64,000 bases of DNA, taken from the human T2T-CHM13v2.0 reference genome, Homo sapiens. The DNA is taken from the NCBI RefSeq assembly GCF_009914755.1, contig NC_060935.1; one strand, given 5' to 3'. The notes under the pieces were generated by a model, which ran no database searches, was not told where the DNA came from, and was given only the letters and a program-made list of their open reading frames with translations. Below are positions 1 to 19,279 of this stretch, piece after piece (positions within the stretch are counted from its first letter, which is position 1; every line of letters starts with the position of its first letter). The translations under genes and the position numbers were made by a program.

Positions 1-1724
<1,724 letters not shown>

Positions 1725-2349
1725 GACATGAGCCCTCCCACCCCATGGTTGGTCCCCCGAGCCATCTGTACAGCTGCCCTGACCCCTACACTCTGGCTCC
1801 AGGCCGATCCCCGCTGCACTGGGCACTTCTGCCGTCTCTTGATTCATCCCATTCTGCTTGTCTTCCCTGCTCTCCCCGTCACTGAAGTCCATGCAATGCG
1901 ATGCCAAGAACGGTTCTAATTCCTCTCCTTGGTTATCCTGACAACAACCCCCCGACCCCGCGCCCCCACGCCGCCCCTTCGACTCCCAAGGGCCTGAGAG
2001 ACACTGAAACAAAATGTCCATCAAGCCTTTCACTCCACTTTCTGAACTTCGGTGTCTACACAAGTCCTTCCACCGGCCAAAACCAAGAGCAACGGCTCCC
2101 CACTCCCACCCCAGGCCCCTGGAATGAGTAAGCGGACTCTGGACAGGCGCTATAGGGGTAGCTACAGGGACAGGCAGAGATGCGCAAGGACCACGCTGTC
2201 GGGTGAAAATGCCTGTCCTTATTGCTCTTCCAAAGGAAAAAAGTTTTGTTTTTTTTTAAATCACTATAGCCAGAATAACTGCTGCGGGCAAAGCGGCGAC
2301 GCTTTAGCTGCTATACCGCTTCTCCGGTTTCCAGCAAGCTAAACACAGA

Positions 2350-3450
2350 AGCGGATGGGAGGGGAAGGCGGCCGCGGCTCCCCAGCTAAGAGCCAGCAGT
2401 TTCTCCGGCTTCCTTCCTACTCCACCCTCCTGCCCCGGCCGCCCGCGGACCGCAGCAAGATCTGCACCTCGCCGGGACCCTCCGCGGGTCCGCAGCCCGC
2501 AACACCCAGTCCTGCTCCCCTCCTTGGCCACAGCCCCGCGAGTATCTCAGGAAACTGGGGTCTTTCACTTCTTTTTCCTTTTTCTTAAGGAACTTGTCTC
2601 TACCGGTGTTCAAGTTACTTAGTCCAGAAGCGAGCCCCGCGCAGGGAGCGGAGCGGGCAGGGAAAGCTGCGAGGCCCCGGCCCACCGACAGCCGGGCGCG
2701 CGGGGCGGCCGGGCCAGGCCTCTGACGGGACCAGAACCGGGCTGCCCCCGAGACGCCCGCCCCGGCCCGGCCCGCCCAGGACAGGCGCGTCTGCTCCGCC
2801 CGCTCCGCCCGGGCCCGATGCCCTTGAGCGGCGGTGCCCGCACGGAGCCCCGCAACTCACTCGCGCTCCGACCGCCCCGCCCGGCGCCCGCCCGGCGCCC
2901 GCCCGAGCCCGGCCCGGCCGCAGACTCACCCCATGAGCCAGTCCATGGCTGCGCGGGGCCGCCGCGCCCGCTGCCCGACGCGATCGGCCTCAGCCCCGGC
3001 GTCCGGAAGTAAACACTGGCCCGCCCGCTCGCTCCCACACGCGCCGCCCGCCGCCGCCGGAAGTGATGCGCCCGCGCGCCGCCTGCTGGGACGCGTAGTC
3101 CCGGCCTCGCACCCTGCGCTTCCTGGCCGCCAGGTGTTCCTGGCTCCACGGGCTGTCCCCGCGCACCTGAACTGTCTCCCCACACCCCGGCTGTAATTTC
3201 CCCCTTGGGCTCTCTCCGCGCTGTCCCCCACGCCCTGGACGGTTACCTTCCGCCTTTGGCGCTCCCCTTGCTCCAGGACTGTCCCTCATACCCTGGCTGC
3301 CCCCTCCCTCCCCGGCAGTCCGCCTGCGCCCCCGGCTGTCCTCTCCCACCTTTGGCCCTCTCCTCGCTCCCTGCGCCGTCCCCGCTCGGTGGGCTGTATA
3401 TCGCCTCGCTCTTGGCTGTCTCTCCCCCATCCCAGACTCTCCCCTTGAGC
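2350..3450 (-). promoter_or_regulatory. MOB2: CpG-island promoter of MOB2 with two ETS/GABPA sites and a ZNF143/THAP11-type motif
   Basis: Very high GC and CpG. CCGGAAGT at 3003-3010 and 3057-3064. Minus-strand GGGACTACGCGTCCCAGCAGGC at 3081-3102 matches the ACTAC-n3-TCCCAG SBS motif. Confidence 0.85.
2930..2946 (-). CDS. MOB2: MOB kinase activator 2, first coding exon (MDWLMG, phase-2 end); remaining exons lie left of the window
   Basis: Minus strand reads GCAGCC ATG GAC TGG CTC ATG GG|GTGAGT: strong Kozak context, canonical donor at 2929-2928, inside a CpG island. MDWLMG(KSKAK...) is the N-terminus I recall for a MOB2 isoform, and gene order next to DUSP8 agrees. Confidence 0.85.
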
Positions 3451-3640
3451 CCCTGGGTGTCCCCATGTCCCCTGGGTGTCCCCATGTTCCCTGGGCATCT
3501 GACCTCCTAGCCACTCTGTCCTGGGCCCGGCCCACAGCAGTTACTCAGTGACTGCCTGTCACTGAGTGACAGGAATTCCCCATTCTTCCCCCGGGGAAGA
3601 TGCTCGGAGGAGCACAGAATCAGGACAGGGAGAACGCAGA

Positions 3641-3893
3641 ACCTGGGGGAGAGCGGGGAGGGACTGCTTCCCCCGGCTGAATACAGGGCGGCCGGCGGGG
3701 CTGACCCTGGAGGGGGCGAGGTCAGCTGGCCTGATGCGGTCACTTGTCTGAAGCCCAGTGGCTGTGTCACTCCACCATGCTTGTCAGACAAGTGACCGCA
3801 TCAGGCCAGCTGACCTCGCCCCCTCCAGGGTCAGCCCCGCCTGCTGCCCTGTATTCAGCCGGGGAAAGCGGCCCCTCCCCGCTCTCCCCAGGT
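3641..3893. repeat. Near-perfect inverted repeat (arms 3641-3751 and 3784-3893, 32-nt spacer)
   Basis: Arms are reverse complements with ~5 substitutions and 1 indel; the inner 58 bp are perfect. The ORF track shows the same peptide (RQVTASGQLTSPPPGSAPPAALYSAG) on both strands. Confidence 0.95.
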
Positions 3894-4644
3894 CCCCTCC
3901 TGCCACCTGGCCTCTCTCCAGGCTCAAGAATGCTTAGGTATCAGGCAGGACTCTCAGTTACCATCAAGAGAAAGGCTTAAGGTGAAAAGGAATTCATAAC
4001 AGATCCTGGGTAGCTCACGGCATTGCCGAGAAAGCTCGAGAACTTCTAAGACCATGCATCTGGGAACGCCTCCAGTCGCAGTGGCCTCCGTTCTTAGTCC
4101 CTTCTCTCTGGCTTTGCCCCACAGTTGAGACCAGCAGGCGAAACCTTTCAACCCCAGACCCCCCCGCCCCACCTCCCCGCAGCAGCAGGAGGCTGCGTGA
4201 CGTGGTTATGGTCAATGGAGTCAGAACAGAAGTCGGCCAGGGAGGCTTCCCATCCGAATGAGAGAATGACGCCTCCGCAGGGAGGCGGTTTGACTTCTGT
4301 TTCTGCACGGGCAGAATACCTGGAGGGCGGGAACCAGGTATTCGGACTGCCTTGGTGGGAGGCATTGACAGAAAACAAGGACCGAGAAGACCGGAAGAGC
4401 TTGGGACGTAGATGACTCCAAAAAGCGGCTGCACCAGCCATGGGCTGCCCTTCTCCGGAGCTCTTGATGTGCGGGAAATGCAGACCCGGCACTGGAATTT
4501 CTGCTGGTCACAGCCAAGCCTCTTCCTGCCTGATGTGTGAGCACAGAACTGGGACAGTAAAGGCGTCACTGCTGCAACCACAGGGCGCCAGCCTCCCGCA
4601 TCCCTGAGTGCTGGTGCTGGAGATGCCGCCTCCGCCGGCCAAGC

Positions 4645-4671
4645 GCTGCTGCTGCTGCTGCTGCTGCTGCT
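4645..4671. repeat. (GCT/CTG)9 trinucleotide repeat
   Basis: Direct reading. Confidence 0.95.
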
Positions 4672-5187
4672 CGCATGGGCCGTGCATGCCGCTTTCCGTT
4701 CCAAGTTGGGCAGGTGCTGCTGACAGGGAAGCTGAGGGCGTCTGCCTGCACCGCCGTTGGCAGCTTCTCCAATGCAAGGCAGACCCGGCCTCCTAAGGAG
4801 GGGTTTCTCCAGGAAGTTAAGGTGCTTAGACGGTGAAGAACGAAACGGCCCACAACAGTCCTTCTATTTCGCTGCTTTGTACAAACACCGTTCTGCCCAC
4901 ACCTCACCTTACTGCCCTCATAGTGCAGCTGAGCCTTGTAGAGGTGAATCCCCACTCCCTCCAGGGCCCAGCCCGCAGCTTATCAGCAACCGCCAGGAGG
5001 CGGGGAGGCGTCCACTCTTGCTGCGTCGCTTTCCTGGTTGTAAAGCTCGTGGGTGAACATTGCAAACTTAACCAGCAAAAACCACCGGAGATAAAATAGG
5101 AAAGACAAAGGAAAGAGGAGGAACACGCATTTAACACACAGCATCTCGGGAAGGAAGAAAAGACAGACACATGTCACCAAGGTCTGA

Positions 5188-6938
<1,751 letters not shown>

Positions 6939-6944
6939 GTAGGT

Positions 6945-7430
6945 TAGCTGCCCCACGTCTACTTCCATTTCCTTTTTCTTCTCTTTGCTTCTCCCCCTCT
7001 TCCTCCTCCTTCCTCCTCCTCTTTTTACTTAGTAATTGAATGCTGAGCAATATGACCACAGGAAAAACTATTTTATCCAGCTTCCCAGGTAGGCGAGGTG
7101 GCCAACGAGATGTAAGGTGAAATTATTGCATAGCTTCCAGGAAATCCTTTTTGTCCTTCCTGTCTACCCCAGCCCTGTCCCAGTCTCCTGCTTCCTGACC
7201 AGAATAGAAAAAAAAAATGATGGCTGGAGCTCTTGCAGCCACCTTGGAGCATGAGGAAGTGATGATGGAGAGCAGAAAGGCAGAAAGAACCTGGGTTCCT
7301 GCTGAAACTCAGAACCCTCCACGACAATCCTGATTCTCTTACCAAGGTGCTTATGTTATTTGAAAGAAATATGGGTTAAATCATCGTTCTTCCGAATTTC
7401 TGCTACTTGAAGGAAAAGACAATGTCTAAT
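6945..7430 (+). mobile_element. Old ERVL/MaLR-class LTR relic (LTR16/LTR33/MLT1-like)
   Basis: ATGATGGCTGGAGCTCTTGCAGCCACCTTGGAGCATGAGG resembles a motif typical of these LTRs; family not resolvable by eye. Confidence 0.5.
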
Positions 7431-7489
7431 TGACACATCCATCAGTGTATCATGGTGCTGGAGGTGAAACAGCCCATCCTTTACTTTGA

Positions 7490-8679
<1,190 letters not shown>

Positions 8680-8869
8680 TCTCTGTCTTCCGCACAGACA
8701 AGACGTGGGAGTGAGACTGGAATCCTAGAGGGGCCCCTTCTCTGCAACTTTGGGGTCTGGGAGGGTGGCACCCATTTCTGGGCATCTCTGGAGATTAAGG
8801 TTTGCTTTTGGTTGACAGTTCTGGCAGGAAGGAAGACCCATAGCGTTTCCCGCTCAGCCCTCTCCTCCT

Positions 8870-9060
8870 TCCATTCACCCATTCATCTGACAAATAGGTA
8901 GTGAGTGCCAACTACGTACAAGGACAAGGCACTTGTAAGGCGCCTGGAGAACAGTAGTAGACACAACAGACTAAAGCCTCCCCTTGAGGAGCTGTGGAGT
9001 GTCAGTGAAAAAAATAATAAAGCAGGCAGCGCATTCAAAATGACCAGTACCCTGGGGTAA
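8870..9060 (-). mobile_element. L2 3'-end relic
   Basis: CATTCACCCATTCATCTGACAAATAGGTAGTGAGTGCCAACTAC... is a typical antisense L2 tail. Confidence 0.6.
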
Positions 9061-9094
9061 ACAGAGCCAGGGAGAGGGTCACGGCACACTCAGT

Positions 9095-10065
<971 letters not shown>

Positions 10066-11596
10066 CCCCTGCCCTTTCTAATCAGGCTCCTTCCTTCTGC
10101 CTGGCTCTAGAGCAGCCCCAGGGGCTGCTGTGCCCACTGGGAGTTCCTGGCCAGAGAAGTGAGGGGCTTGATTTTCCCAATCATGCTTCCATCTAGACTG
10201 GGGACCCCTTACAGGCAGGACCTTTGTGGAGATCCTCGGGCAGCTGTCCTCCACTGTGGGGTGGAAAGCTGGGGCTTCCAGGATAAGGGTGACCTCATGG
10301 CATGTTTCAGGGGAAAGACCTGATTCCCCAGTCAACCACTGACCCCAGGATGCAGGCCAAGCCCTGCGGGGTCATTCACGGACTCTGCTCTGACCCTGTC
10401 TGTCCTTCTCTCGGGCCCACTCATTGCCTTTCGGGGCCAGCAGGGGACATAGCTGGTGCTCAGCGTCCCCTCTCTGTCCCAGGCTGCGCCGCCGAGAGGC
10501 CTTGGCACGGGGTAGGCCTCGTGACACACACATTCTCCTACGCTGCAGAGCCTGGAGAACAATGGCTCCCTCTCACCTCTGAGCTGGTTCTTGTGCTTGG
10601 GACAGTCCCCAGTGAGGCTGAGGGTAGCCACAGCTGCCAGCGCCTGCCTGGGCAGCCCCTCCATCCCCAGCACCCCCATGGTTCAGCATTCCCTGTACCT
10701 CCTAGACCTGAACAGAGTCTGATTTGGGGATGGTGGCGCAGAAGCCTGCCCTGCCTCCCGGTCCCAAGGTGCCGCCAGCTCTTCCAAGCCTTCAACAAAC
10801 GCCTCAGATGCCCTCCTGCTGATCGCACTGTGCCTGCTGTCCTGCTCCTGCTCCCTCACTTAATCCCCAGGCAGTGACAATCCAGAGAGGAGGCTGAGGC
10901 TCCTGGAGGACCAGAGGCTTGTCCGAGGTCACTCAGCGAGTGGGCGGGCAGCTGGGGTTCCAGAAACATCTGCTCTCAAGCCCGCCATTGTCCCACCATG
11001 ACCTGCCTACCAAAGGGATGCTCCTCCCTGGGTCTTGAGGAAACAGTCAAGGTGGTCACCCTTGGGAGCAGGCTGGGCAGTGTTCTCCAGGCTTCAGTCA
11101 TCCCCGCCTCCCCTCCAGAGGCCAGGACAGCCCCTGCATTTGGCTTAGCTCTCCGTGGGGGCCTGGTGCCCCTGGGGTGACCGGAATGCAGGCAGGGCAT
11201 GAGGATGCTGATAATCAGTGTCACCTGGGATTATGGCTGGGGCCGTCCCATGAGCCAGGTGCAGCCGAAAGCTCCGTGTGCATGACCTGAAGCAGCTGCC
11301 AGTGCTCTCTGAGAGGGTGCCCTCTGCCTCCCTATCTCCAGGTGTGGCTAAGTAAACAGGCCACGGCGGCACCACAGGGAGGCAGGCTGGGTGCTCCTGC
11401 TCATCTCTGGTGGATGCTGCTACCCACATCCAGGGCTGTCACCTGCCCATTCACGCACGGCCCTCCAGGCCACTTCCTCCCCCAGGACCTGCAGGCGGCT
11501 GCAACAACCCCCATCAAAGGTCCCGCTAGCCAGGATTCACTGAGGTCCAGTAGAGGGAGGGCTGCAGCCTCTGCTCCCAGAAAGCTGCCCTGTCCT

Positions 11597-12411
<815 letters not shown>

Positions 12412-14222
12412 TTACCGGCCACATGATTCATAGCATATAGGGTGTGCTTTACCTGAGGCTGAGACGGGGCTCATCTCCCCTGGGAATCATTCTTGTAAGG
12501 TGCCAGTGATCTGCAAATGCAGATGAGGCCTGAGGCTGGGGCACAGGCCACCTGCCAGCTGGCAAGTGCAGGATGGGCAGAGTCCTTGTCCAGACCTGGG
12601 CAGAGAGCGCTCAGGGCAGGCAGCGTCCAGGCTGCCGTGGGTTGCTCCTTGAGGCCCTGACCCCCAGGGTCACCTGCAGGCCATTCCTTGAAGCAAAGAG
12701 GTGACTGACCTGGGGAGTTGGGAACCTGCCCTTTGTGTCCCCAATGAGCACCCTTCCTGCCACCCCCACCCGGCCGGGATCCACCACCCTTCCTGGCCGG
12801 TGGTGCCAGCCCCTAACAAAACACCCTTTCAGGCAAGGACCTGCAGGTTTGCTCCCCTTGCCCTGGGGACAGAGTCTGACATCCTTGGGAACTGACCGTT
12901 CCCTGCCCCCTCCCCAGCTCTAGGAACTACTTCATCCTGTGCACTCGGCAGGGTGCCCGGCCCTAGGTGGGTGTGTGGTCGGTCAGGGGCTCCCGTGGCT
13001 GCAGTCATGGGCTCCCCTGCACTGCGGGGCTTCGAATGTGCTGCTACTGTTGGGAAGGAGTTGCTCCTCTCAAAGAACTCCTGCTCATCACACAAGGCCT
13101 CTCTCACATGCCCCTTCCTCCAGGCAGCCTTCCTGAGTGGTGGCACCTTTTGTACACACCTGTCACAGAAACCACTGATCTCAGAGTGATGACAGAGGCT
13201 TGTTTCCCAGGCACGGGGGCTCCGAGGGGCCATCCCCAGCACCAGAAGGGTTCCACACATGTTAATGGAAAAAATCCACAAAAAGCAGGAACGGGAAAGT
13301 AAGTTACTGACATTCCACCCCTCCCCAATTCCCATTTTGCAGACAAGACCCTGAGGCCCCAGAGGGCCCAGTGGGTGCGGCACAGTATGGAACTGGCCCC
13401 CACAGAGCTAGCCTGTGCACAGGTTCCCCGTCTCCCTATGGGAAGGAGGAGGCACCAGGCCTGCTCCAGCTCCCTCTCCTGGATTGGGACACTGAGGCCC
13501 ATTACACAGGTGGGGTACTGGCAGGACAGCTCTGCCCTCCAGGGTCCAGTGGGAGCTGCTGCTGCTCCCACAAGCCACGCAGTGCCTGGAGCCAGACTGG
13601 GAGAAGCTGTCCTGGTGGGAGCCTGTGCCCTGGGACACAGAGTGCATGGTGCACATGGCCAAAGCGTGGCCTGGAGGCGTGGAGGGTCAGGAAGCAGTGA
13701 AGGAGCAGGGCCTCGGCCTCGTGGGGATGCACCCACACAGAAACTACAGATGGAGGCCAGGAGGCTCAGCCTTCCTCCTGGCTCTGCCTCTAGCCAGCTG
13801 GGGTTCACTATTGTCCCCTCCATCCACTGGGTAGGGACCCCTAGATTTCAGGTCCCCAAATGTACATGTCTCATCAACAGATGCAGCAGACTCCGTAGGG
13901 AAACTTTGGAAATACAGATTCCTGAGCCCTGCCCCCACAGAGGCTGGCTATGTAGGTCCCTGGGCCCTGCATTTAAAGATCCCCCCAGGCATTGCTGGAG
14001 GGCAGGAGGGTGGGAGTCCCCGGACCAGATGGACCCTGACAGCCTGACAGCTTTTACTTATCAAACCCATGCGGGCCCCACCTCCTGGGATGCTGGCTCT
14101 GCAAACTCACCTCTGCGGAGCCCGTTCCTAGGACTGGTTGCCAGCAGTGTGGTGAGGGCAGTCTGAAGGGTTCCCGGTGGTGGTCATAGAGCCTGCACAC
14201 GCCTCCTTCTCCCACCGATACC

Positions 14223-14950
<728 letters not shown>

Positions 14951-15399
14951 ATCCCAGGGCGGCACCCTCAATGCCAGGCCCTGCTGGGAAGTCAAGGGCC
15001 GAGGTGAACATGCCCTCTGCACGGTAGGGGATTCAGAGTGCCGCCCTGCACCTGGGCTGGGGGAGGAGCGCAGAGCACACCGGCAGACCAGGGAGGGGCC
15101 CTTCCAGGAATGCGCTTTGTAGACAGCTGGGTAGGGCTGGGGCGGACTAAGGGGCCTGCGGGGTCTGGCGGAACCATCCAGGTGAGGGCGTGGTGGCGGG
15201 AGAGCCAAGAACAGCAGCTAGGTGTACTGCTTACCTGAGAAGGGGGGGTGGCCGCGAAGGGGGTTGGAGGCGTTGGGATGGGGGCCTAGTCAGACGCAGG
15301 TGGCCGCTGCCATTTGGCATTGCCCGGTCTGGAGGACAGGGAGAAAACCTGGCTGGAGACACAGCTGGTCACTGACTGCCTGAGTCCCTGGGGCCGCGG

Positions 15400-17450
15400 T
15401 GTGGGCGACCTTCCTGCGGGACCCGCAAGCCCAGAGCAGGTGCAGGTTGTGGGTACAGCTGAGGCAGCCGAAGGACCAAGGGGAGGGCCTTAGAAGGAGG
15501 GTGGGCTGGGGGCGCGGGGTGGAGACAGGGCTGTGCCTTCCTCCCAGCAGGTGGGTTCCCGACGGGTGGGCGTGCGTGCAGGGCCCCCGGCCCGAGAACC
15601 GGCCCCAGCCTCGGCGGGCGCGGGCAGCAGATGGCGCTGCCGGGCTGCGCTCCGCCTCGGGTTCGGGGAGCGCCGGGTGGGGGTGGCGGGCGAGCCCAAG
15701 TCGAAGCCCGAAGCGGGAGAAGAGCTCATACTACGTTCCCCGGGCCGGACAGGCGGGCTCCGGAGGGGCGCTCGCCCCGCCCATGCGGGACAGGTGTTTG
15801 CCCACCTAGGACCCGGACCCGGAGCCGCGCTGCCCACGTGCTCGGAGCGGAGCAGCTGCTCCCCGCGCCCGCCCTCCACGCCAGCAGTGCCTGGGGACCC
15901 GGACCCGCGAGGGGCGCGCAGGACGCGGGAGCCGAGGAGCAGCGGCGCTTTGCGGATGGAGAGCGCCGCGGAGGGCAGTCTGGGAGTGGGCGCGGCCCCG
16001 CCGGGCGTGAGGTCATCGCGAGCAGCTGGCGCACCCCCCGCGCCTGCCTCCCGGTCCTCGGAGCCCCCGGCTGCGCCCCGCGGCGCGCGCAGGTTGGGCA
16101 GGTTCTGGGCTCTGGGCGGCGGGGCGTGGAGGAGCCCTGGGGCGGGATTGTGACTGGGCGCTTCCTGCGGGGTTGGCGGCCCGGACGCCGGTGCCACCCG
16201 AGCCACCCAGCGATGCTCTGGGCCCCCTACGTCGGGGCTGACCTCACCGCCCATCCTGGCGGACCCCGCCCGCTCTAATGGGACCGCGCCCACCCTACAC
16301 TGGCCTGCAGCCGCCGTCCTCCCGGCTGCGGGTTCCTTGCCCTCAGGGAGGGCGGGGCCGCCACCAGCTGCCCGGAGAGGTGGGGGGACCCAAACCTCCC
16401 CTCGCCCACACCAACCCCGTCCTACTGCCCTCAATCCTGCCCCTCCTGGAGTTTCTTGTTACGGTCCACACAGGCGAAGGGCCCCATCGGCCGCGCCTTG
16501 CCAGCCCTAATGCCCTCCGAGAGGCGGAGGCCCCACAGTAGGAACCCGGACTGAAGTCACTCCCTGGCGCTGCTAGGGGCTCAGGGTGGAGGGCTCAAGG
16601 GTGTCCGGGAAGGGCCTTCGCCCTTCAGCCTCAAAGCCCCCCCAGTCCTCTGGTTTTCTGTTCCTCTTTTGGGCCCCCAGCTTGTGAGCGCCCGCTGGGT
16701 AGGTGGGCAAGAGGTGACCGAGCAGAACCAGGCACCGGGACCGTCCGGTTTGGGTCTGGCTTCCACACTGGCTGCAGTGCGCCCTGCCCCAGGCCGGCAA
16801 AGTCTCTGAGCCCCATTCCTGCCGCTGGCCGAAGGATTGGGTTGGGCGAGGAAGATATGGAAACTGCCCCACAAGCCCCCCTCCCACCCCCAGGACGCCG
16901 CCCCCACCGGCTAGGCTCTGGGCAGGCCTAGTGTCCACTGATCTCGCCAATCGGCCCTGTGTTCCAGGGCTGTCGGGGGTCTCCTGGGCCAGGGGCTTGA
17001 CGGAGGGAGTGGGGTGGGGAGGGTGGAGAGGCACCGGAATCTCTTTCTGCTTGGGAGTGGGGGCGGGCGGATATCAGGAGGGGCCACTGCCCCGCAGATG
17101 ACCCAGAGCCGAAGACCGCGGGCTGTGGCCAGCGCAGGCTCCACGCGCCCCGACCCTCGCGGCAGGGAGGCCCCGCCCACTGTTGGGCAGGTTCTTGACT
17201 TCACCCTGCTTCCCCAAACGTTTCCGGGTGCAAACGCCCCTCTGGGCTGGGGTGGGATGAGGGAGGGGAGCCCTAGAATGGAGTTTTGTTTTCCTCCTCT
17301 GGCATCAGGTGCTCAAGCCCAAGCTCCTCCCTCCACCCGCCTCTGGCCCTTCCCTGGCTTCTATTTCCAGCTCTCCTTGGCTATTTATAGCTGCGACCGG
17401 CCGGCAATTGCGTCAGTCAGGGGCAGGCTTCGGCCGGCGATGCCAACGGT
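15400..17450. promoter_or_regulatory. Orphan CpG island between MOB2 and DUSP8, with CTCF-like and MEF2 motifs
   Basis: Dense CpG. GGCAGCAGATGGCGCTG at 15623-15639; CTATTTATAG at 17381-17390. Confidence 0.7.
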
Positions 17451-19279
17451 GCCACCAGTCCCCCTACATTCCCCTACCCTTCCTGGGTAGTCACCTGCCC
17501 TGCGCTGTCCTGGTCGGAGGCCCCAGGTGTGTGGGGGGCGGGAGTGCGTTCTGCAGGTGCGCTCAGCCATGAGGGCGCATGTGCTGGGGCAGAGTGGGAG
17601 GGCACTGGACTTGGTGGGGGGGGGCAGCAGAATTCCTGGCGGGGAAGGGGTAAGCGGCGTCTTCCCCTTTCCTTCCCAGAGCTTCCTCCTGGGAGCTGCC
17701 TGGGGACAGGCCACTGTTCCTTGGTTTCATGGGTGGTGTCTGCAAAGACTGGGAGAGATGCCCCTGGACCTAGCACCCGTCCCCCTCCCCCCGCCCACCT
17801 TCCAGAATGAAGGCCCTTCACTGAGTTCCTCTCCTCTCACCCCACTACTGAGGCCTCCCTCTCCCCAGCATTCTCACTCAACTCCAGTTCAGCTCCCATA
17901 CCCCTTCCCTCCCTGAGGCCACCCCCAACCCAGCCCCTCTGGAGGGGGACATTGAAGGGTTCTGAAGCAAGACAAGTCTACCTGCTCAGTTTGGAAGGAC
18001 TGAAGGGCATCCACCCAGGCACTTGCCTAGTGTTTGGCAAAGGCCTGCCCTGGCATCGCCCTGCTTGGGGGTGGGAGGCACACGCATGTTCCCCTCGCCC
18101 CACCAGGATCCCCTCTGAGCTCTGGTCCCCACAGTCAGGGACCACTCGCTTCACAAACAAGCCATCATCACGCCTTCAGGGCCTAGTGTCTTCCACAGAG
18201 GCTCCTACCCCAGGAGACCCATTCCCAGGGGCAGGAGTGGGGCCTGGGACTGTGGGCTGCCTTACAGGTCTAGACCCTCACCCCTGGGCCAGAAGGCTGT
18301 GCTTTCTCTGGAGGGACTGTGCCGCCGAGCCCCAGCTGCCTGCAGGGATAATTGAGTTTCCCCACGTGCTCCCACCATGGACACAAGGCATTTGTTGTGA
18401 AGCTCTGCTGAGAATCAGCCCCTCCTCTCCCACCCTCTGTCCAGGGCCCGCCCTGCCCTGTGCCCTGCGCCCTTCCGGGGAGGTTGGGGCACCCTCTGCT
18501 GGTGTCCATTGTATAGGCCCCTCAAAGACTCCATGGCTTCCCCTTAACAGCAAGTCCTCCCTTCATCTTGCCCACAAAGAACCACTCTTCTTAGACACTC
18601 CCCCAACCCACCTGCCATTCAGAGCCCCATCGAGATGCACCCTCTTCCCGTCGGGCCTTGCCTTGGCCAGAGGCCTTCAGCTTCTGCCTGGCTCCCCGCA
18701 GGGCGCTCCTACCTCTGCCTTTTCTCCCATGCTGTGGACCTTTGCAATGTCCTCCTGCCCCACCTGCCCCCAGCCCCTCCAAACACAACCTGGCCTTCAG
18801 AGGCCAAAACTCTCCTCCTGAAAGGCTTCCTGAGAACTGGCCCTCTGCCCTTTCTCCTGCTCAGTCTCTTCAGTTCTGAGCTCCGGAAGGGCCTTGGTAA
18901 GTCCATCCACAGGAGTACAGTGGCAGCTGGCAGGGGTGCCACTGAGACCAGCCTCCAGCTCACTTCCAGGGATGGCTCGGCAGGCAGAGGAATGGTGCCT
19001 GAGAGACCAGGAACCAAGCCCAGCCCCAACTTGGCCCCTGACCCTCTAAGGGACATTGACCAAGCCTGTTCCTCTCCCTGGGCCTTGGAGAGGGTCTCTC
19101 CTGTGATGTCCCACTCCAAGACAGTTAGTATGTGGCTTATTCATTGGACATTCACTGGGTACCTTCTGTATGCAAAGACCAGGTACCCATCTGCAGTCCA
19201 ATGGAGAATGGAGGTAAGCACAAGCTGGCTTTAATGTAAGACTAACAGAAGTGCAACTAACGCAATGTAACATTATTAC

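Noticed and set aside
4541-4723. Signal-peptide-like poly-Leu frame (GQALLLLLLLLLAWAVHA) from the CTG tract
   Set aside because: No in-frame ATG after the upstream TGA, and the frame stops soon after; the Leu run is simply the repeat.
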